Source: an uncultured Methanosarcinales archaeon (lineage in GTDB: Archaea > Nanobdellota > Nanobdellia > Woesearchaeales > SKGA01). From it: 36,005 nucleotides of DNA. The position numbers and the translations under genes are program-made. The notes under the pieces were generated by a model. That model was given only the letters and a program-made list of their open reading frames with translations. It did no database searches and was not told the DNA's origin. Each line of letters starts with the position of its first letter. Position 1 is the stretch's first letter. Below, in pieces: positions 1 to 7,697 of the stretch. Location: contig CAZHNR010000002.1 of NCBI GenBank assembly GCA_964534065.1, positions 1,412 through 37,416 on the forward strand, given 5' to 3'.

Positions 1-165
1 CTCAAACAATCCCCTTTACTCGGGAAACCTCTTTCCGGAGAGTTTGCAGGATTTCGAAGTATACGTATCACACCCTACCGTCTACTCTATTTTATTGAAG
101 ACGATGTTATTTTTATTGTCGCATTTCAACATAGAAAAGATGTCTATGAACGAAAAGATTATTAA
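1..165 (+). CDS. RelE/ParE-family type II toxin, C-terminal fragment (5' end outside the window)
   Basis: Frame +1 is open from base 1 to TAA 163-165: LKQSPLLGKPLSGEFAGFRSIRITPYRLLYFIEDDVIFIVAFQHRKDVYERKDY*. The pattern G.pL.G...R(S/V)(I/V)R(I/V)..YR(L/I)(L/I)Y.....V.I..V.HRKDVY is the hallmark C-terminus of RelE/ParE toxins. It is not in the ORF track because no Met lies inside the window. Confidence 0.6.
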   Translation, partial: LKQSPLLGKPLSGEFAGFRSIRITPYRLLYFIEDDVIFIVAFQHRKDVYERKDY

Positions 166-187
166 CCTGATATTCCTAGGTATTCTT

Positions 188-754
188 ATGGAAAGCATTC
201 TCGTGCAACGATGTAAACAATACGCTCTTACTACTATTGACACCTATAAAGGTTCTTTAGGTCATCAATTTCTCCGTGCAATGCTTTTTGCCCTAGAAAA
301 ACAAGCCATAGAAGAATGTGAGAAAAATCCAAAATTGCACAAGAACGCATTACTTATAGGAGTGTATTTTCATGAGCTTGGTCGTGTGAAGTCTGAGAAA
401 GAAGACCATACTAAACATAGTGTAGCTCTCTTTGATGATTTTGTCAAGGACATGACGGTGTCAGATCAGACACGGGAGATTGTGCATGATTGCTGTTATA
501 ATCACCTTGTAGATGGAATTCCTTATACGAAAGAAGGAACTTTTGTAAAGAACTGGCACTGGGCAATCTCTTTTGCTCCTGAAGCATTACTTGCCAGGCT
601 TGAAGATTTACAACTTGAAGGACATTCATTCATGGAATCTAAAAAAATACTTTTTGATCAATTAGAAAAAGATTATCGCTCTATAGAAGATGATGTTATG
701 CGAGAACACGCACGAAATACGTTGCAAAACCTTCGTGTTGCACTAAAAAATTAA
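188..754 (+). CDS. HD-domain-like metal-dependent phosphohydrolase (HE variant of the HD dyad)
   Basis: The ORF 44..754 overlaps the toxin tail, so it is trimmed to ATG 188 (alternatives ATG 140/146). AGGT lies 8 nt upstream of ATG 188. The spacing GHQFLRAMLFALEK...(~25 aa)...LLIGVYFHELGRV...HTKHS...VHD follows the H...HD...H...D layout of HD-superfamily hydrolases, with HE replacing HD. Confidence 0.4.
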   Translation: MESILVQRCKQYALTTIDTYKGSLGHQFLRAMLFALEKQAIEECEKNPKLHKNALLIGVYFHELGRVKSEKEDHTKHSVALFDDFVKDMTVSDQTREIVHDCCYNHLVDGIPYTKEGTFVKNWHWAISFAPEALLARLEDLQLEGHSFMESKKILFDQLEKDYRSIEDDVMREHARNTLQNLRVALKN

Positions 755-2085
755 TGAATAAGCATTTCAAGTTGTTCACGGATTTCTTCAACAACTTGCG
801 GACCAGTACCTTCGATGTTTATGCGAAGCAGTGGTTCTGTATTACTTTTTCGCACATTAAAAAAATATCCTTCCGTGTAGACACTAATGCCGTCAATTTT
901 TAGCAACTTTTGTGCTTTAGACATATAGGTTTCTTCAATTTTTTTCAAAGCAGCATCTGCATCTTTGACTGTGTAATTTAATTCACCACTACGACTATAC
1001 ATTTCCTCAAGAGGTTCAATGAGTGCATTAAGAGTAGATGCTTTTTTATCGACAAGACTGAGCACTTGCATAATGGTAAATAATGCACTGTCGGTATAAT
1101 AGAGTTCTTTGTAGAAATAATGACCTGATTTTTCACCAGCAAACATAGCTTTATCTTCACGCATTTTTGCCATCATAAAGGCACGACCAGAAGGATAGAG
1201 TAGTGGAACAATGTGATGATCGATAAGTATTTCTTCAACTGCTTGACTAGAACGAACTTCATAGCCAACTTTCTTATCTCCGCTTGCAATATGACTGCCA
1301 AGAAGACCTGTAAGTAAGTCAGGACCGACCATTTCACCAGTATCCAAATAAAAAGCGACACGGTCAGCGTCACCATCAAAGGCAATACCGTAATCAAACT
1401 CTCCAGATTTCATTTTTTCAGAAAGGACATGCATGTTGTCTGGAATAATAGGATTAGCTTCATGATTTGGAAAATTTCCATCCATATTTTCATACAAGGT
1501 AGTAATATCAAGTTTATCGCCGTAGAGTTGTTTTAGCGCTACAACTTCTTTTGTTCCCATACCGTTACCGCAATCAATAAGGAGCTTAAAAGAACGATTG
1601 AGTGGTTGTGCTTTTGCTTTCATAAACTGAATATAGGACTTTGCAATGTCTTTGAAATTTACTTCGCCTTCACGTTCACTTTTTTTATACGTTTTGGTGG
1701 CAATAATTTGTTTGATTTCATCAAAGCCATATTTACTAAACAAAGGAATCGCCTTTTTAGCGCAAAGTTTCAAACCATTGTATTCTTTAGGATTATGACT
1801 TGCAGTAATCATGACGCCACCATCTATCGTGTTGTCCGTATACAATGCAAAATATAGTTGCGGTGTAGAAATAAGACCGAGATCAATAACATCAGCACCG
1901 CATGTAGTCATACCTTTGATAAGCGCGTCATGTAATGCTGGAGAACTCGTGCGACAATCTCTTCCGACAACAAGTGTTTTTGCATCAAGGAAGGTGACCA
2001 TTGCTTTACCCACATTAAATGCGAGTTCTTCGTTGACTTCACTATCGTAACGTCCTCGAATATCATATGCTTTAAATGCGGTCAT
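751..2085 (-). CDS. Phosphohexomutase (phosphomannomutase/phosphoglucomutase/GlmM family)
   Basis: 444 aa. Active-site serine loop TASHNP. Mg-binding loop FDGDADR. Sugar-binding GEKSGH. N-terminal FKAYDIRG, typical of the alpha-D-phosphohexomutase superfamily. Confidence 0.9.
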   Translation of the reverse strand: MTAFKAYDIRGRYDSEVNEELAFNVGKAMVTFLDAKTLVVGRDCRTSSPALHDALIKGMTTCGADVIDLGLISTPQLYFALYTDNTIDGGVMITASHNPKEYNGLKLCAKKAIPLFSKYGFDEIKQIIATKTYKKSEREGEVNFKDIAKSYIQFMKAKAQPLNRSFKLLIDCGNGMGTKEVVALKQLYGDKLDITTLYENMDGNFPNHEANPIIPDNMHVLSEKMKSGEFDYGIAFDGDADRVAFYLDTGEMVGPDLLTGLLGSHIASGDKKVGYEVRSSQAVEEILIDHHIVPLLYPSGRAFMMAKMREDKAMFAGEKSGHYFYKELYYTDSALFTIMQVLSLVDKKASTLNALIEPLEEMYSRSGELNYTVKDADAALKKIEETYMSKAQKLLKIDGISVYTEGYFFNVRKSNTEPLLRINIEGTGPQVVEEIREQLEMLIH

Positions 2086-2159
2086 GTAGTAGAGTAAGAG
2101 CGAATTTACTTTATAAATATTTGTGAGAAATACGATGAAAAAAGAAAATTAGTGTATGA

Positions 2160-2423
2160 TTACGCGTCAATTCCTTCCAGCATGCTAGAAATACTCCACA
2201 GTTGCTGGCGAGTAAAGGAATCAAGATTTGCATCTCCTGACATTTCGTCAAGGTCAGCGAGTAATTTGTTTACAGTAAGTGAAAGTTCTTCATCTTTTAC
2301 TTCCTTTAATGTCGCGATAATAACAATCATCTTTGCTTTTACACTTTTTGGCACGCCACTATCTTGTGCTAATTCGGCCATGTATTCAATTGCTTCTTCA
2401 ACTTCTGGTCGCATGGTACTCAC
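2160..2423 (-). CDS. UPF0147-family small helical protein (conserved archaeal, function unknown)
   Basis: 87 aa. EEAIEYMAELAQDSGVPKSVKAKMIVIIATLKEVKDEELSLTVNKLLADLDEMSGDANL...TRQQLWSISSMLE matches my memory of the UPF0147 pattern (..A..L..I..D.sVPrniRr.a..ai..L.de..s..vr....is.LdeisnDpN.p...Rt.iW.i.s.LE). 4-nt overlap with the prefoldin beta stop. Confidence 0.55.
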   Translation of the reverse strand: MSTMRPEVEEAIEYMAELAQDSGVPKSVKAKMIVIIATLKEVKDEELSLTVNKLLADLDEMSGDANLDSFTRQQLWSISSMLEGIDA

Positions 2424-2728
2424 TCCTTATCGAGTTCGTCGGTTACTTCATCTTGTAATTTCTTGACAAGAGTTTGTAATTCCTTTTCTTGTTTGGTGAT
2501 GGTAGTTAATCGCAGTTCTGCAATTTCTTTTTTCTTTTCTAGCTCTACACTAATCGCCTTCGCATCTTTTTTAACCATGACGCTGCCTACAATTTGAAAG
2601 GCTTCTTTAACTCCTTTCAGTTCATCAAGCGCGTTATCGTATTCAAGGATTTGTCGGCTGTAGTGCTGCCGTTGTGTAGAAACTTGTTGTAAGTGTTGTT
2701 CAGTTTGTCTGAGTTCTTGCATCGTCAT
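2420..2728 (-). CDS. pfdB: Prefoldin subunit beta
   Basis: 102 aa. Two heptad coiled-coil arms flank a beta-hairpin segment (AFQIVGSVMVKKDAKAISVELEKK). Size and position next to Pcc1/RpoP/eL43 are as in the conserved archaeal superoperon. Confidence 0.8.
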   Translation of the reverse strand: MTMQELRQTEQHLQQVSTQRQHYSRQILEYDNALDELKGVKEAFQIVGSVMVKKDAKAISVELEKKKEIAELRLTTITKQEKELQTLVKKLQDEVTDELDKE

Positions 2729-2729
2729 C

Positions 2730-2963
2730 TTAGTTTACCTGTAGCATTTTTTCATAAATCGCAAGGACCTTAGAAACTGCATTTACCATAGCTCGAAAAG
2801 CCACTGCATCTTTGCCAACAACATCTACTGTTATTCCTTCAGTTGTGACTTGCAGTGTGTAGGATGCTCGGTCATTGCTTAGCGCTTTATCCTCTGCTGC
2901 AAAGACAGCTTTCAATTTATCTTGATCGGTAGTCTTTACGGTAAAGGTAGCATGACACTCCAT
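2730..2963 (-). CDS. pcc1: KEOPS complex subunit Pcc1-like
   Basis: 77 aa small alpha/beta protein (ATFTVKT...ASYTLQVTTEGITVDVVGKDAVAFRAMVNAVSKVLAIYEKM). It lies between rpoP and pfdB, the position usually taken by the Pcc1 (COG2892) gene in archaea. The call rests mostly on context. Confidence 0.5.
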   Translation of the reverse strand: MECHATFTVKTTDQDKLKAVFAAEDKALSNDRASYTLQVTTEGITVDVVGKDAVAFRAMVNAVSKVLAIYEKMLQVN

Positions 2964-2977
2964 TTTGAAGTGATGCT

Positions 2978-3115
2978 CTAGCGAGCAAGACTAGTTGCTG
3001 GTTTTGTTCGTGGCTTAAAAATTACTTTAGAGCCGCAATAAATGCAACGGACTTTCTTTCGGATATGATTATCTGCAATGGTTTTGTTGCAAGAAAAACA
3101 TCTATATTCTGCCAT
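2978..3115 (-). CDS. rpoP: DNA-directed RNA polymerase subunit P (Rpo12/RpoP)
   Basis: Hand-translated 45-aa ORF, below the ORF-track cutoff: MAEYRCFSCNKTIADNHIRKKVRCIYCGSKVIFKPRTKPATSLAR*. It has the CxxC...(14)...CxxC zinc ribbon with the RC.YCG..(I/V)(L/I)FK.R signature of RpoP/RPABC4. It sits directly downstream of rpl37ae as in most archaea. Confidence 0.75.
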   Translation of the reverse strand: MAEYRCFSCNKTIADNHIRKKVRCIYCGSKVIFKPRTKPATSLAR

Positions 3116-3188
3116 TTTTTTTTATTCTCTTTATTTTTTAAAAAATGTCGGAGCCCAAGAACTTACAGTTCTTTAGGTTCTGCCATTT

Positions 3189-3437
3189 TTACATCTCAAG
3201 GACTTTCGTCTGAATAGCGGATTGTTTGGTTACTGTGTATGCTTTAGATGCCATTTTAGCACCGCATTTATGGCACACCCAAATTCCCGTACTTAATCGT
3301 CGAACTTGATCTCTTGAGCAATGAGGACAGGTATATTTCTTTTTCTGCTGCGCTTCAATTGCACCGAATTTATCTTTGGTTGTTTTCCCGTATCGAGTAC
3401 CGAAACGTTTCGTCGAACCAGTATTGTTTTTTGCCAT
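3189..3437 (-). CDS. rpl37ae: 50S ribosomal protein L37Ae (eL43)
   Basis: 82 aa. GSTKRFGTRYGKTTKDKFGAIEAQQKKKYTCPHCSRDQVRRLSTGIWVCHKCGAKMASKAYT, the canonical eL43 C4 zinc-ribbon sequence. Confidence 0.9.
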   Translation of the reverse strand: MAKNNTGSTKRFGTRYGKTTKDKFGAIEAQQKKKYTCPHCSRDQVRRLSTGIWVCHKCGAKMASKAYTVTKQSAIQTKVLEM

Positions 3438-3523
3438 TTTTTTCTCGTTGATTGAAAGATGGTAATTTCGTACCAGATTTCTTTTTTCTTGTGATACCAG
3501 CAGTATCGTATAATTGTAAGATG

Positions 3524-3598
3524 TGGGGCTGCCCAGATTTGAACTGGGGTCTTATGGTCCCAAACCACAAATGATAGGCCAAGCTACACTACAGCCCC
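3524..3598 (-). tRNA. tRNA-Pro (anticodon UGG), CCA not encoded
   Basis: The reverse complement folds by hand into a cloverleaf: GGGGCTG TA GTGT AGCTTGGCCTA TCAT T TGTGG TTTGGGA CCATA AGAC CCCAG TTCAAAT CTGGG CAGCCCC A. It has a 7-bp acceptor stem, a 5-bp anticodon stem with loop TT-TGG-GA, a 5-bp T stem and T-loop TTCAAAT. Confidence 0.85.
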
Positions 3599-3628
3599 GA
3601 ACTGCAAGCTTGGAGAAACCAATGTTCG

Positions 3629-3637
3629 TTTATAAAG
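3629..3637 (-). promoter_or_regulatory. TATA box (CTTTATAAA on the minus strand) upstream of tRNA-Pro
   Basis: A match to the archaeal TATA consensus TTTAWATA lies about 31-39 nt upstream of the mature tRNA 5' end. This is consistent with a short leader removed by RNase P. Confidence 0.45.
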
Positions 3638-3676
3638 CTTTGCAAGAGCTAAAGAAAGGAAAAAAAGGGTAAGAAC

Positions 3677-4723
3677 CTAAATAAACGGTCCCATGTCTTT
3701 TTTGAAGTTTTCAATAATAGTAACTGGACTTGGATCAGTTTTGTATCTCAAAGCTGCATAGTACGCCAAGTAATCTCCAATAAGAACTGCTGAGAAAAGT
3801 TTAGTCAGGAAAGACTCGCCGGTAAGCTTAATCTCAGTTGTACTTACGCCTGATTTCTTCGCTATTTCTTTAGTTAAATCCATACGTTTTTGAGTTCGAC
3901 GATGATCATCATCAAATCTGAACGCTACAATATGATACGTTGCAAGTACGTTTTGATACCCGTTGAGTTCATTATGATTTAATTCAGGGTACTTGTGCCA
4001 GAATGCATGAATCTTTGCATGTTCGTTAATCTGTGTTTTTGCACGGTAGGCAACAGGCCAATATTTATCTGAAGCATAAAAAATAGGAATAGCGTACATG
4101 ATTTTTTCAGAAAGTTGACTGCCAATTGCTGGAAAATCTGTTTTTTCAAGACTTTTGAGCATACGAGCAATAGTTTCGCCCTGAGGCGGTATAATAGTAA
4201 GTCGTTCAAGTACACGAAGCACACTAAAGAATAAATGCGAGAGTGCAGCAGTTCGTGGCTGATAGCCTTTAGGAATTTTTAAGAAAGGATATCTTCCAAT
4301 TTGACAGACTTCCTCAATTTTTCCACCTGTTGTGAATGCATAGCAGAATTTAGTAATTTTTAATGCCTGTCTAAATGCGCTCACTGTTTCTTCAGTATTT
4401 CCTGAGTAAGAAATTGCAAGTACGAGACTGCGTTCAGTTACATAGGGTGGCAACACATAGTTTTGCACCACGGTTAAAGGGACTTTTATTTGTAATTCGT
4501 GCAGATATTGTTGCAAGAAAGCACCGCTAATAGAGCTCCCTCCCATTCCTAGGACGAATATGTGATCAAATTCAGGAACTGATTCTGGAAGTGGAAGCCC
4601 ATCTCCAGCAAGATATGCGTGCTTGATATCATCATATAATTTTTTGTACTGATCGATTAATTGTGACGCGTCATACTTTTCATAATCGCCAGGAAACTGC
4701 ATATTGTCATTCTCTAATTCCAT
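3677..4723 (-). CDS. Bifunctional phosphoglucose/phosphomannose isomerase (SIS-domain, archaeal PGI/PMI type)
   Basis: 348 aa. SIS-domain nucleotide-like loop FVLGMGGSSISG, followed by ISYSGNTEET. Size and the C-terminal helical region match the PGI/PMI family described in crenarchaea and related groups. Confidence 0.75.
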   Translation of the reverse strand: MELENDNMQFPGDYEKYDASQLIDQYKKLYDDIKHAYLAGDGLPLPESVPEFDHIFVLGMGGSSISGAFLQQYLHELQIKVPLTVVQNYVLPPYVTERSLVLAISYSGNTEETVSAFRQALKITKFCYAFTTGGKIEEVCQIGRYPFLKIPKGYQPRTAALSHLFFSVLRVLERLTIIPPQGETIARMLKSLEKTDFPAIGSQLSEKIMYAIPIFYASDKYWPVAYRAKTQINEHAKIHAFWHKYPELNHNELNGYQNVLATYHIVAFRFDDDHRRTQKRMDLTKEIAKKSGVSTTEIKLTGESFLTKLFSAVLIGDYLAYYAALRYKTDPSPVTIIENFKKDMGPFI

Positions 4724-4768
4724 ACTAAAGCCTCACTTACATGACGCAAACCTTCTATATAAACCTTA

Positions 4769-5992
4769 CTAAGGCTTCGTTTCCTGTGCTAGGTTGTAGA
4801 GTTTATACACAGCATCAGAAACATAGGATTGTAGACTGTCTTTTGGTAGTAGTGCTAGTTCGTTATTTTTTGCAAAGATGCTCGTTAGTTCTTCTTGATT
4901 TTGAGGTGTGTAGAAATCTTTGGGATACTCTTTACTGAGCACCTGCATAAGATCAATGAGTTGTGTTCGCTCTTTTGCGGATTCTAGTAGAGGAAATATA
5001 TAGGTTAACTTCTTCTGTAAATAGCCTCTGCGATAATTTTGAAGAAATTCTTGACCGCCGTAGATTGGTAGAGTACTTGTAGCAATATGATTGAGAAATT
5101 GTATTTTCTTTATCTTGTATGTATGTGTACTTTCTGGGACTCGTTTGAGAAACTTCTGTATTTCCTTTTCTCGATCTTTAAGAATGTGTATTGAGAATGG
5201 TGATTCGTGTGGATTCGCAACCCATGAATGTTCCTGTGCGAAAGCAGCGAATTCAAAATCTGTGGAGTCAATAACATCATGTTCTATAAGGAGTTTTATT
5301 TTTTCTTGGAGGTAGGGGTTGGCGTAACTTGAATTAAGACGTTTCCATTTTTCTTTATGGACTAATAGTTCAACATGTTCTTTGAGTTCTGCTATGTCTT
5401 CGTGTACATTCGTTTTCGCGTAGCTACTTACAAAACCGTTCTGCAAGAGTAAAGAGTCTTTCTCATGAGAAACAAGATAAGCAAAAATATTTTCCCCTAA
5501 GGTCACATAAGCGTCCTCTCCTGAAATGCGAGCCCATTCTTGAAGAAAATTCTCATTCTTTTGTTCCAGTGTGAAACCTTTTTCATGAGCAAATTCATGC
5601 ACAATTTTTTCTAAGGTTAAGGTATCTAGATGAATTACTTGATTATATTTATTATATAGTCCAGAAAAACCTTTGCCGAATAGTTTGCCTACTTTTCTTG
5701 CCTGTAATATAAGAGGTTGCTTATAGAATTCCTTTGGAGTAATCTTTATGGTGTGTGGTTTTTCAATTGGATTTCTTTCAAAAAATCGTATAGTTCCTTC
5801 AGGAAGTGGTTGGTCTTCTCCAATAATAGTAATAGCAAATTCATTCTGAATTACTGTTCGTTCAGGGCTAAGATGATATTTTTCAATTTCTCTTTGTACT
5901 CCAAATGTACTTGTGAAGAAAATATAAGGAAGTAACGTAGCTTCAAGACCAAGAAGTGTTTTTCTCCAAGTATTTTTGATTGTTTTGCGCAT
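4769..5992 (-). CDS. Membrane-anchored zincin-like metallopeptidase (HExxH; MtfA/M90-like third-ligand region), function unknown
   Basis: 407 aa. One N-terminal hydrophobic helix (LLGLEATLLPYIFFTSTF). HExxH motif in IVHEFAHEKGF. About 50 aa downstream lies SSYAKTNVHEDIAELKEHV, resembling the Y(A/G).TN..E(F/D).AE segment of MtfA-type zincins. Confidence 0.4.
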   Translation of the reverse strand: MRKTIKNTWRKTLLGLEATLLPYIFFTSTFGVQREIEKYHLSPERTVIQNEFAITIIGEDQPLPEGTIRFFERNPIEKPHTIKITPKEFYKQPLILQARKVGKLFGKGFSGLYNKYNQVIHLDTLTLEKIVHEFAHEKGFTLEQKNENFLQEWARISGEDAYVTLGENIFAYLVSHEKDSLLLQNGFVSSYAKTNVHEDIAELKEHVELLVHKEKWKRLNSSYANPYLQEKIKLLIEHDVIDSTDFEFAAFAQEHSWVANPHESPFSIHILKDREKEIQKFLKRVPESTHTYKIKKIQFLNHIATSTLPIYGGQEFLQNYRRGYLQKKLTYIFPLLESAKERTQLIDLMQVLSKEYPKDFYTPQNQEELTSIFAKNNELALLPKDSLQSYVSDAVYKLYNLAQETKP

Positions 5993-6036
5993 GTTTTGAG
6001 AGAGAAGAATGGAATGCAGTTTAAAAATTTTCGGAG

Positions 6037-6609
6037 TTACTTCTTAGTTTTCTCTGGTGCTTTTTTAGATACATATTTTTCTCTAAGAAATAAGTGATTA
6101 GGAATATGAATGATATCTTCTTGCTTCGTTTGCACCTGCACTTCAAACACAGTAATTTTTTTTATAACTCCCTTTACAGAATCAATGTGCACGGTATCGC
6201 CAATATTTATTTGTCGCTCTTTGAGTATGGTGTTGTAAGCAATCATGTTTGGAATACTATCTCGAAGAGACAGAAGCAAGCTAATCAGGACAACAATAAT
6301 TGCGATGCTTCCAATAATGGTGACGATGATGGGCGTTGCACCTAAATAATTGAGAGCAATAATTGCAAAAATAACATAGACAATAATAGCTACACTTTCT
6401 GAGATGAGCTTGTGGATGGAGAAAGTTTTTTTCCCTTTTTTTGTAATGGCTTCTTCAAGACCAAGAAATTCAAGAAATTTATGCACTAACTTACTAACAA
6501 TTCTTCCTACAATAAGGCCAATAAGAAAAATTCCTAAGGCGATACCAATAGTGGTAATAAGGTTAGGGCTTGATTGTGTTACAAGAGTTGTAACATTTGC
6601 AGATGCCAT
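6037..6609 (-). CDS. Small MscS-family mechanosensitive channel
   Basis: 190 aa. Three predicted TM helices, then the MscS beta-domain signature (INIGDTVHIDSVKGVIKKITVFEVQVQTKQEDIIHIPNHLF). Confidence 0.6.
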   Translation of the reverse strand: MASANVTTLVTQSSPNLITTIGIALGIFLIGLIVGRIVSKLVHKFLEFLGLEEAITKKGKKTFSIHKLISESVAIIVYVIFAIIALNYLGATPIIVTIIGSIAIIVVLISLLLSLRDSIPNMIAYNTILKERQINIGDTVHIDSVKGVIKKITVFEVQVQTKQEDIIHIPNHLFLREKYVSKKAPEKTKK

Positions 6610-6651
6610 TGTAGAGCAAGAAAAACAATTTTACATTTATAAGTGTGCTGG

Positions 6652-7665
6652 TTAGAGAAGTGAAGCTAAATAGTCTTTTTTGAAGCTGAAACCGTTTTTT
6701 TTCGCTAGTTTTTCGATTGCACGGTCAGTTCGACTACCGTACTGTGCTGCCTTTTTAGGACGCAAGGCAAATTCCTTATCTAAACCAAGAGCAAGAGTAG
6801 TAGCACGCAGAATCCATTTACTTAAACCATTCTTTAACTTAAGATCTTCGTGGATGCGCATAGCTTGTACGATGAGTGTTTCATCCAACAAAGGAGTTAA
6901 CCAAGTGATACCTTGCGCCTTTGCGATAGCAAAGTCGCGAAGTAAGTCTCTTGTATACATAGCCTCAAGACCATTCCAACATTCTTCAGTAATATTAGTT
7001 GCGTCGGCGTGCCGTTTGTAACCTGCAAAAATTTCTTCACTACCTAACCCGCCCATAATATGTTTTATGTCAGGATAGGACTCATGCAAGGTTTGTACAC
7101 CTGCAAGTTCAACACTGCCAACACCTACATTTACTGCATTGGTGAGTTCAGGACCTAAAATTTGTACTGTTTCTTTGAAGAGTGTGGCTACATCATCAAA
7201 CTGATAAATTTTCTCGATATGTGTAAAGCCGTATTTCTTTGCAACTTCTCTAGCAACTAGTATGTCGTCAGGGAGTTTTTGCTCTGTATTATGCGAAAAA
7301 ATTCTTTTAGGTCGGTCTTGGCGTTGTACACCCCAACCTTTATTTTTGAACTTTTGGCATTCTAAAAATCCTTTTGTAACAATTTGAGGATTTTTAAGAT
7401 CCTGAAATCCGATAGTAACTGCAACAAAAGGAATCTTTGCAAGGTGCAGGAGAAAACAAAGAAATGTAGAATCTACTCCGCCACTAAAGAGGACACCGAT
7501 AGTTGGTTTTTCTTCTGTACTGTGAGGAACGTCAAGTAAGGAACGCGCCAGCGCTGCAGGAATCTCTTCGTTAAGGAGAGTGATTGCAACAGCTTCATCA
7601 ATGACATCTATACTCGTTGATTTTTTTAGCTGAGCGATAGTTTGTTCCCATGTTTCTTTTTGCAT
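6652..7665 (-). CDS. Asparagine-synthetase-like PP-loop ATP pyrophosphatase (AsnB C-terminal domain only, no glutaminase domain)
   Basis: 337 aa. PP-loop VLFSGGVDST. GGLGSEEIFAGY (compare G.GaDElFgGY). R.D...A.A.GI....PLLD, then K.ILR and the C-terminal KKAAQYGSR tail. No N-terminal Ntn (Cys2) domain. A basic ~45-aa insertion (QDLKNPQ...SHNTEQKLPDD) follows the PP-loop strand. Confidence 0.65.
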   Translation of the reverse strand: MQKETWEQTIAQLKKSTSIDVIDEAVAITLLNEEIPAALARSLLDVPHSTEEKPTIGVLFSGGVDSTFLCFLLHLAKIPFVAVTIGFQDLKNPQIVTKGFLECQKFKNKGWGVQRQDRPKRIFSHNTEQKLPDDILVAREVAKKYGFTHIEKIYQFDDVATLFKETVQILGPELTNAVNVGVGSVELAGVQTLHESYPDIKHIMGGLGSEEIFAGYKRHADATNITEECWNGLEAMYTRDLLRDFAIAKAQGITWLTPLLDETLIVQAMRIHEDLKLKNGLSKWILRATTLALGLDKEFALRPKKAAQYGSRTDRAIEKLAKKNGFSFKKDYLASLL

Positions 7666-7697
7666 TGCTTATGAAAAGACTGAGGGCTTTAAGAATT

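Noticed and set aside
44-187. 5' extension of the HD-like ORF back to ATG 44
   Set aside because: It overlaps, out of frame, the well-conserved RelE/ParE C-terminal coding sequence. Later ATGs (140/146/188) are more plausible.
3293-3582. ORFs 3293..3568 and 3370..3582 (minus strand)
   Set aside because: They overlap the rpl37ae coding frame and run through the tRNA-Pro gene. They are alternative-frame shadows.
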